64,000 nt of DNA from Chrysomallon squamiferum (Eukaryota; Animalia; Mollusca). This document shows positions 54,828 through 64,000 of this stretch, one piece after another (position 1 is the first letter of the stretch; the number at the start of each line of letters is the position of its first letter). The DNA lies in NCBI GenBank assembly GCA_012295275.1, contig CM022666.1:14322001-14386000 (forward strand), read 5' to 3'. The notes under the pieces are model-generated. The model saw only the letters and a list, made by a program, of their open reading frames with translations. It did no database searches and had not been told where the DNA came from. The position numbers and the translations under genes are program-made.

Positions 54828-55944
54828 ATGGCTGAAAAAGCGGTTGTACCACTTTCAGAGCTAAAAGAAGAGTTTGCTACTTGTAGTATATGTGAGGAAT
54901 CGTTTGATGAGGAAGATAAATGTCCACGTATACTGCCGTGTTATCACACTTTCTGTACAAAGTGTCTCTTTGACACCTGGAACAATTCACAACAAGGACT
55001 TCGATGTCCTAATTGTAGAAAAACGTGGCATGTTCACAACTCCATAGAAGAATCGTTTGAACGAAACAGAATTGTAAGTGGTTTAGTGGGATATCTGAGC
55101 ATGAAAAACAATTCTGAACAGCTATTGTGTCAAGTCTGTGAAAGACATTCTAAAGCAACACACTGGTGCCAGGATTGTGACAATTACTTGTGTGATGAAT
55201 GTTTTCTGATTCACAAGAAAATTCGAGTTACAAAGCAACATAAAACAATTCCTTTAATAGAGCTGTGTCAGATGACTTCAGATGAATATTTTCTTCAGCA
55301 GACAGAGTTGTGTAAAGTTCATGACAATATGAAACTTGATCTGTTTTGTAAAAAGTGTTGGTCAGCTCTCTGTTCTTCTTGTGTACATGTTTCTCACAGA
55401 AACCACCCCATCTGTAACGTAAAAGACATTCACAAAGAGAAGAAACATTTAATCATGAGAAAATTAAAAAAGTTACAAGCCTCAAAAGACGTTTCAGCAG
55501 AACACAGCATAAAACTGAAACAAGAAAACACAACACTGTATACACGCAAAGAACAACTCTTGAAAACAATTGATGACTCGTATGACACAATTATAGCAAA
55601 ATTATCAGAGAGAAAGGAACAGATGAAACAAGATGTGGTTTCCAACATAGCCAAACAAACAGCTGTGCGAGATGAACAGATAAAAGTGATTGTCGAGTCA
55701 CAAAGTGAAAAGAACGCTCATATTTTCTACTGTCAACAGGCGATGCAGTTTGCAAAAGGTGCAGAGTTTCTAAAGATGTGTAAATCTCTAGAAAAGAAGA
55801 TTCAGTCTCTAACTGAAAGTCTACAGCTGGTTGATGTTCCCATGCAGCAAATCACCTTGGACGACACGTTTGATGAAGTCAACAAAGTGTTGGAGAGAAG
55901 TGTTACTTTGTATAATGGCATAATTTTCAAGGAAGAAGAAACAG
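54828..55944 (+). CDS. TRIM E3 ubiquitin ligase-like protein (TRIM56/TRIM45-like RBCC), coding exon 1
   Basis: C3HC4 RING (CSICEE...PRILPCYHTFCTKC...CPNCR), B-box1 (CQVC...WCQDCDNYLCDEC...H...H), B-box2 (CKVH...LFCKKC..ALC..C....HRNH) and a coiled coil. ACAG|GTATGA donor in phase 1. Confidence 0.93.
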
Positions 55945-57058
55945 GTATGAAATTTAATGATAATGAAAATGATAAATTTCAAGTTTGTGAAACTACAGGA
56001 AGTCACAGAAATGAATTGGTAGATGATACTTTTCTGCTGATCTTTTTTTTTAATTAAATGATGTATATTGTCAACGAACATTGCAACTAGAATTTGTTTT
56101 TTTTGTTTTTGGAGGGGGATGTGCAATCCATTTATCTTAGCCTGACATTGCATATAAAATAATATTATACATGCATCTGCTGTGAAAAATGTCTCAGCCC
56201 CCAAAGTCGGAACAAACGACGATAGATAATTTATCAGAACATGTTCATTGAAAATATTTATTCAGTACATTGGTTACTTCTAAACTCTCTGAAAATAAAC
56301 AGTTCAAACTATCAAACTGGTGTGTACGCGTCATATAAACTGAGTCGTCGACTGATGAGTTGCTATTATCATGATCGTATGGTGCGAATATTATATTTTG
56401 TCTTATAAAACCTTTGATAATATAAAACAAGAATCCAAAAAGTGAATGTCCAATGAGATGAATTACGGACACATACGAGTAAAAAAAAATGCAAATTAAA
56501 ATGTTTTTTCCACTGAATGTAAGAGACATAAATAAGTTTTGAAATAATAACTGTTACTGTAATAAAAAAACAAGATCAATAATTATCTTTATTTTGTGTA
56601 TAAAATAATTTCGAAGTATATTCATGGTTTAATATTGATTACAACGTCAATCTAAAAACATACAGCAATTTAATAATCAACGGTAAGTTATTATTACGGT
56701 TACTACGGTAGATTTTATTTCTACGTAAGCTGACCTACTTATAACATCGAGTCGCGTGTCTTGTCTGGTTCGAGCACATTTTGAAAAGCGAACATCGAGG
56801 CGGTATTTTTCATTGTTAACAGGTTCACAAATTTTGAATGAATTTATAGATTTTGTATAGATAAGTAGATAACGTGTTTTCAGTTTAATTAGGTAGTTAA
56901 TATTTTAATAGTTCTGTCATTCAGTATTTTTTTTTTCACACTTCTGTTCCTAATTTGTAAAGTAATAAAAAGTTCTACTACTAATTTTTCATTTTGTAAA
57001 GACACTACTAGTATTACTTCTGATTTTACAGTTGTTATAATAATAATAATAATTAATG

Positions 57059-57095
<37 letters not shown>

Positions 57096-57143
57096 TAACA
57101 AAGTAGACTAATAATACTAATAATAATACAAAAAATATATAAA

Positions 57144-57174
<31 letters not shown>

Positions 57175-57181
57175 TTTGCAG

Positions 57182-57259
57182 AATCACCTGAAACAAGAAA
57201 ACTTCTGTGTTTAAAACCTGAACCTGTCAGTCACAGAGGAATCCACAGAGAAGCTTCAT
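57182..57259 (+). CDS. TRIM gene exon 2 (78-nt linker ESPETRKLLCLKPEPVSHRGIHREAS)
   Basis: TTTGCAG acceptor, GTAAGT donor, phase 1 to 1, open frame. Confidence 0.75.
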
Positions 57260-57592
57260 GTAAGTAACAATTTGTATTTATTTATTTCTAAATATAATAA
57301 TGATCATAAAAATACATGATGATAATGTTGATAAAGACAAAAATAATAATAACAATAAATAATCTTTAAAAAATATTTAATTATCAGTTGTGTATATTGA
57401 AAGAGAACAACATTATAATAAAATTTAAATATTAGAAATAAATTATTTTAATAAAACATTTTATTTATTTACTTTCATTTTTTAAGTGTAAAAACACAAG
57501 ATTTAAAATTGTATTTGATTGTTAACAATTGTATAAAGTGACAGTGCAGTTTGCAAAAGTGAAATATTTAACAACATATTTTATTTTCACAG

Positions 57593-58267
57593 TGACACCA
57601 ATGAAGTTTTCAGAAAAAACACTAAACTGGGAGACATGTTGTATTAATGAAAACAAGGAATTAGTGAACAAAAGATCTGTAGAAGAAAACCAAAATGAAG
57701 ACAGGATGAAAGTTATGTGTGGAGTAACAGGAGACATAAGTTTTACAGAAAAGAAATGTTACATTTGGGAAAGTGAAATAACCTGTCACATTTTAGAAAG
57801 TGAAATAACCTGTCACATTTTAGAAAGTGCACAACTGCATTACGTAGCAGCTGAGATTGGAGTCTGTGAGGAGAGACATTGTGATGAGGAAATTCAAATA
57901 GCTAATAATAAACATGCTTGGTGTGTTACTTTTTGGTAGCTGTAAAAATCACAATAAAATGTGTTTTTATGTTTATTCCTGTGGTGAGTACAAGTGTGAT
58001 GTTCCAGTGTGTGACTTTAAAACAAACACACTAGTCCACACATCACTTACACTAGTACTAGACACACAAAGTAAAACACTGCACATAATAAACACAGACA
58101 CTAACACACTTGTACACACACTGACTGATGTTGATGTGTCACAACCGTTGATACCTGTGTTTGCTGTTTACAATCCTGGTGCCTTTGATGTGAAAGTGAA
58201 AATTTTACCTGATTTATCAAAGAATTCCACTTTGCTGAAACTGATCTCTTCTTTAATCTGCCCATAA
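57593..58267 (+). CDS. TRIM gene exon 3, divergent SPRY/B30.2-like C-terminal domain, interrupted by a 1-nt frameshift at the T5 run 57930-57934
   Basis: TTTTCACAG acceptor in phase 1. YIWE, EIGVC and HAWCV lie in one frame, while LVLDT..KTLHII and PLIPVFAVYN lie in the next. Removing one T joins ORFs 57529..57939 and 57914..58267. Confidence 0.75.
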
Positions 58268-59599
58268 AGTAAAATTATTTAACAAAACAGTAATTACTTT
58301 AAAAACAAACAACAAAAGTAAATTTGTAAAGTAAACAACTGTCTGTCTGTCTGTTATTGTTTATCTCTGTACTTTATTTAAATAAACTAAATATAAATAT
58401 TCTCAGTGTCAAACACAGGCTATCAGTGTCATCCACACACACACATACACACAAACACAGACACACATATATTGATACACACACACACATATAGATACAA
58501 ACACAGACATACAGATGTACACACATACACATATTTATACACACATACAGATACACACACAGACATACAGATAGACACACAGACATGGACTATTACACTT
58601 ACTATCTAAATTATTTGTAAAAGTAATAAATTTAGTAAATTTTCAGTTTTAAATCTCATTAGAAGTAATCCTCAGTCTACAGTGTCTCTCTACACCTCCA
58701 CTCCATGTTGACTATCTAGTCTACTTTGTTAATTAGTTAACTCTTTATGTGCTGTGTACCTGTGTTTTTGTGAAGAGTAAATTAACTGTTTGAACACATT
58801 ACACTGTATTACAATACACGTTGTGTAACAGGTAAATGTTTCACTTTATATTTCTGATTTAAACTGAAATGAAGTTTTTATTTTATACACTTAAACTGTG
58901 ATTTCATTTAGATAATGAGTGAAAGGAGACTAGAATTTACATAGTTTTTATTATAATGAATTAGAGTTATTGGTGAATATCATATTTCATATTATTTTAA
59001 TGAGTTTATCATGTTATGTATTATAATGTTATCTGGCAGTATTATTGAAATTTATGTTAATCATGGATAAATGTTGTTGAGAAAAGTTTTTGTTTATTTA
59101 ATTTTATATGAAAATTATTGAATGATTTAAAATAATAATAATAATAAATGTGATATTTTAAAACTGATTTCTGTTTTACTGCTAAATGTGTATACTGTTT
59201 ACATAGATCATGATTGCTGTGTTTTTTTTATTTTTTATTCCTTGTTTGTTTCCTTCGTTAGTTTTATATTTATTTTTATTATTATTATGTTTTGATTTTA
59301 TTTATTTATTTCTTCCATTTTAAGTACTTCACTCTTTCCAGTATTCAGTCAACCACTGGATTTTGTTGTTTCTTTACTTTTGTTTTTTCTGTTTACAAAA
59401 AGGCAACTTCAAAGCTGATCTGAATTGCAGTTAAATTATAAAGTTTATCCCAAATGATATTTATTTATTTACTTATTTCTGTCTATCTGCCAGTACTTCC
59501 ATCTATCTGTTTCCTTTCTTTATGTCATATATTCAATATTCCTTATTTTGTTATTTATTTTGTTATTTTATTTTTTTCTATTATTATTATTAATATTTT

Positions 59600-59860
59600 G
59601 TTTTATTGTACATTTCATTCTTCTTGCTTTCACGTATTTTTATTTTATTTTTATTTTATTTATTTTTCATGCCTTTTTTCTTTCTTTTTTTTCATTTTAT
59701 CCACTTATTTCATTATCTTTTTTCACATTCTTCCATTCTTCTTGCTTTCACGTATTTTAATTTTATTTTAATTTTATTTATTTTTCATGCCTTTTTTCTT
59801 TCTTTTTTTTCATTTTATCCACTTATTTCATTTTATTTTTTCACATTCTTCCATTCTTTC
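59600..59860. repeat. Tandem duplication of a ~120-bp T-rich unit
   Basis: CATTCTTCTTGCTTTCACGTATTTT...TTTTCATGCCTTTTTTC...ATCCACTTATTTCATT...CACATTCTTCCATTC occurs twice in tandem. Confidence 0.85.
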
Positions 59861-61152
59861 CTTTCTATATTTTATTACTTCTTTATTTCTTCTTACACAT
59901 ATTTCCTTAGACTTGTACTACATTAATTGTTTCATTTGTTGAAAAATAACTAGCTTGTAAATTCTCTACAATCATTCTGAAAGATACATTGTGTGGCAAA
60001 ATCTGAAAGAACCATATTTTTAATTTTCTTCCAATAGTTTTTTTTTTCTCTTATATAGGTGTGTGTGTGTGTGACATGTTTTTCATCCTTAAAAAACTCC
60101 ATTGTCTTTATCCGCAATTGTAATTAATTTTAATTCTATTTCACTGCTTTATCTGAACGTTTTAGTTATTTATTGTAATTTTCTTTAACTTGTGTATTTA
60201 GCCAACCTGTTATAATAGAACTTATAGCAGTTATCGTTGTATTATCGTGGTTTAGTATTTTCGTTTGAAAACCTTCAAATGTCACGTTTCAATCATTGTC
60301 CTTTTATTTTAATTTTCATGATTATGTGTGGTAACTGATAAAGAAACTATATGTGTAATATAGTATATATTTATTATTTAATATTATATAATTATTATAT
60401 GAATTATTTTTTCAATCGGTTGCATTTTTATTAAAATTAGAACACTTAAGGTAGATGACAATGTAAGAATGTGTGTTTGTGTTGTTTAATATTAAAGTTG
60501 CAGTGCTATTTTATACTGAGTAGTGGAAACAGTCAAAATACAGGTGAATTTAATATATATATTTAATATATCAGATAAATTAAATTAAATCAATTTAAAT
60601 AAATAGGAACAGAACTGAATAATGATAATGATAAATATTTTATTAGTTTTAAAGTGTGTTTTGACATCACTTTGTAGCAGATTTTAAAGCAACAGATATG
60701 TGTAGTAATTCCATCTGATAATAAAAACAATTCCATCAGACCTAGATTATATACAGAGATTTAGTTTTCAAATATTGAAAAAAAAAAAAAAAAAAAAAAA
60801 AGGAAACAAAACAAAATCAGGTTTCTGTGTGGTTTAGGAACTGTGGATCACATTTTATAGTCATGGTTAAAGAAAGAGAATATCAATGACAGAAAAAAGG
60901 TTTATTCCATGTGTGATTTAGGAACTGTGGATGATAAATAAACAAGGCTTCAGTATTGTTGTAGTCATGATGCAGTTAAAAACAACAGATGCTAGAAGTA
61001 GTGTATTTTATGGAAGAAATGGTTATAAATGGAGACAGCATCATTGTAGTTGAAACAGAAAAAAGTTTACTCCAGTACATTCAGCCTGCAACTTTCATCT
61101 TTGATTAACTCATTCTCTGTATTTTCAAGTGTGTTAGCTCATTTATTTCAAG

Positions 61153-61732
61153 TGTGTCTACTGGTTACTATGGCATGTGCTGACCCTACAGTGACCACAC
61201 CAAGAGGTTGGACACCAGCTCATATACCAGGCATTAGCGGACAAGATGTATGTATGCAAGGTAAGTTTTTATAATAACATTCATAAAAAGAAAAATCAAA
61301 TCTAGATGTGTGTATACAGGTAACTTTATATAATACAACATTTTATAATAAAAAAAAAATAAAAAACAACAATGGAGATTGGTAGGTAAGTTTTCATATG
61401 TAGGTAAATGGGTTTTTAGAAGTTTTTATAAAAAAATCGAAAGAAGGTTGATGTGTGCAGGTAAGTATTTTTAATAAAAAAAAATAATAAAAAAACAAAA
61501 TGGGTTTGTAGGGAATTTATCTAATAAAATCAAAATAACTAGAATGTATGCATGAGTTTTTTAAAATAAAATAATCAAAAGGAAGACAGGTGTAGGCAGT
61601 TATGAATGTTTAATTTAAAATCTGCTTTACTCAAAATACCATACTTAGGACAGCAGTGGCAAATTAAAAATCTTTTATTCAACATAATTTACTGAAAAAA
61701 TATCATAGATGACCAGACTTTATTTGTAAACT

Positions 61733-61802
<70 letters not shown>

Positions 61803-63658
61803 TTTGTTTGTTTGTTTCAGAATGTTAATGAAGTAGATAACAATGGCTGGACATCAGTTCACTGTGCTGCTTATCACAGGAGACTCGGCTGTTTACAGAT
61901 GTTGTATAAATGGGGTGGACACCTTGATGAACAATGAAAGTACCCCAGTTATGCTGATTAAATCAGGTATGTTATTAAATCGGGTATTGTAAATAAGACA
62001 CAAATATTAATTTAATGAAGTATATTCATTAAATCAAGTATATTAATTAAATCAGATATGCTAATTAAACTAAGTTATATTAATTAAGCTAGATGTGTCA
62101 GCTAAATCAGGTGTATCAATGAAATCTAGGCAGATTAATTAAATTGGATATTTTAATTGTCAATCATGTACTCACAACTGACAATGACCATGTCTTTATT
62201 CTCATAAACTGTAGGATTACAGTACAGACAAGAATGTTTTACAGATATATAGAAACAAAACTGAAAGGTACATCTGAGGAACGTTAACTTGGAGGACATA
62301 TTTTCTCACATATAGTTCTTATTAATGAACATAGCTTTTCTAATAGAAATATATTTTTACTGTTAAACAAATTATTATATTATGAAACTATTTGGACGTC
62401 TCATGTATTTCTCTGGTATACCTTTTCTCGCGTTTCATATCATAGGATCATTACATTCAAATATATAATGATATTCATCTCCAATTTTGTTAAGATTACA
62501 AATATGACATTTTCTATTTTCTCTTAGAATATTAGACTATCGTCCATTTTCAATAGGAAATTTTGCATTCGAGGTTCTAAATTTACATAAGACATTAGCA
62601 TTCTTTTGATACAGCAAAGTAAGAGAGTTTTCTAATATCAGATCATTTTTAAATATTCTATAATTAATACCCTTTGAAGACAGTAAATATGGAAAAATCA
62701 AATTGAATTGATACTGATTATGTGATATTTTGGACATCATTTCATGTAACCATTTAACATTATCAAAGTTGTGATATGTCCATGTATGTTAAACCACAAT
62801 CATCTAAAATATTTTTTAGTAATTTGTTTGAAGGAGAATCGATAACATGCATTAAATAATATACTTGTGAGGAAATCTTGTTTTTGGTTTTGCAAATTAG
62901 GTTCCCCCAAGAGTTTATTTTTCTTTCTTTTATACAAAGAGTATACCATCCTAGTTCACCATGGGTCATAAACAAACTAGATTGAGATGGCTGCAGTTTA
63001 TTAGAAAATTACTATTATTATTTTTTTTTTTCTTGTACAATTTTCTATAAAATACATAAGGAATAACAAATATTTTTCATCCAGCAACCAAAGAACAATT
63101 AAATATGCATACATATTAAGTATTTTTCTTTTAAGTTTGTTATAAAGCTCATCTCACAGCTATGGAAGGTCATCTTCCATGTTTGAAATATCTTGTGACA
63201 ACGTCAGGAAATCCAGTACATACGCTGGGTGCACGCAACGACCATGGTGAAACAACCAAAGATCTGGCTCAGCAGTTTTACAAAGAGATGATCCTGGAAT
63301 ACATGAACAACACTGAGTGGGAGAGAGAGACCATCCAGAGCAAGCACAGAGTGAGATTGTTTACTTGTTTGTTTATTTATTGTCTTTGTTTACTTATGAT
63401 TTATGTTTTCGTTTACTTATTTACTTATTCATTTATGTTATTTTTTTATTTGTTCATGTAATTGTCATTCTGTCTTTTCTTATCTGTTATTGAATTGTTT
63501 GCTGATTGATTCACTGATTTTAAATGTTTGCTTGTTTTAAATTTATATGTTTATTTCTCAGTTTGTTTATTTTAATATTCATTTCTATTTGTGTATTTAT
63601 TCTTTAATTAATTAATTTATATTTTTACTGATTCATTTAATTATGTCTTTATATATAA

Positions 63659-63689
<31 letters not shown>

Positions 63690-63816
63690 GACCTGGCTTT
63701 CTCAGCTCATGTTTCTTCATACAATGGTGATTTGGATCATCTCAGAATGCTGGTAGAAAATGGAGTGGTCAACACCAGTAAACAAGATGACAAGTGTTCA
63801 ACACCTGCACACAGAG
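61153..63816 (+). pseudogene. ANKRD42: ANKRD42-like ankyrin repeat gene, unprocessed and disrupted (may continue beyond the window)
   Basis: Exon remnants: 61153-61260 (YWLLWH//ADPTVTTPRGWTPAH), 61821-61948 (GWTSVHCAAYHRRLGCLQMLYKWG), 63148-63350 (AHLTAMEGHLPCLKYL...DLAQQFYK) and 63691-63816 (LAFSAHV...GDL..L..LVE.GVVN). These recall ANKRD42 motifs in order. Lesions include frameshifts, an in-frame TGA at 61935 and a non-GT donor at 61949. Confidence 0.75.
62330..62985 (-). mobile_element. CR1/L2-clade LINE 3' fragment (ORF2 C-terminus), decayed
   Basis: GELG.Y.L, KNILDDCGL, KGINYRIFK, LCKFRTSNAKFPIENGR and RKCHICNLNKIGDEYHYIFEC are typical C-terminal motifs of these LINE ORF2 proteins. Stops and frameshifts are present. 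Confidence 0.8.
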
Positions 63817-64000
63817 GTCAGATATTTATTTAATATACAGATTTATCATTACCTTTATTACAGGTATGCACACCTCTTCAATATACAGACTGATTATTAT
63901 TATTAAAGGTACATACACCTTTTTAATATGCAGATTTGTTATTATTACAGTTACATACATCTGTTTAAGATACAGACTGATCATTCTTATGACAGATATT

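Noticed and set aside
55945-56057. Extension of the TRIM ORF to 56057 as the true C-terminus
   Set aside because: A good donor at 55945 and phase-compatible downstream exons indicate this is intron read-through.

Overview
AT-rich, microsatellite-dense genomic DNA from an invertebrate animal, probably a mollusc or other lophotrochozoan (inferred from protein style only). Most ORFs in the supplied track are simple-repeat artefacts. By joining exons at GT-AG sites I reconstruct five loci. (1) A complete 6-exon, 482-aa ionotropic glutamate receptor-like gene on the minus strand (9227-3362). It has no amino-terminal domain and has altered ligand and gating motifs. (2) An intronless-CDS secreted PAN/apple + Sushi + galectin-like protein (12826-13737). 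(3) A two-exon aerolysin/ETX-MTX2 (LIN-24-like) beta-pore-forming-domain protein with no signal peptide, an N-terminal Cys cluster and a long repetitive disordered tail ending in CTSV (38734-45550). (4) A 3-exon TRIM gene (RING-B1-B2-coiled coil-SPRY-like) with a 1-nt frameshift in its last exon (54828-58267). It is preceded by about 6.6 kb of tandemly duplicated promoter-plus-donor cassettes. (5) A decayed, intron-containing ANKRD42-like pseudogene (61153 to the window end). Mobile DNA includes a Tc1/mariner-type MITE, a degenerate TIR DNA transposon in the pore-forming gene intron, a foldback-like inverted repeat around a 26-bp minisatellite, and LINE remnants.
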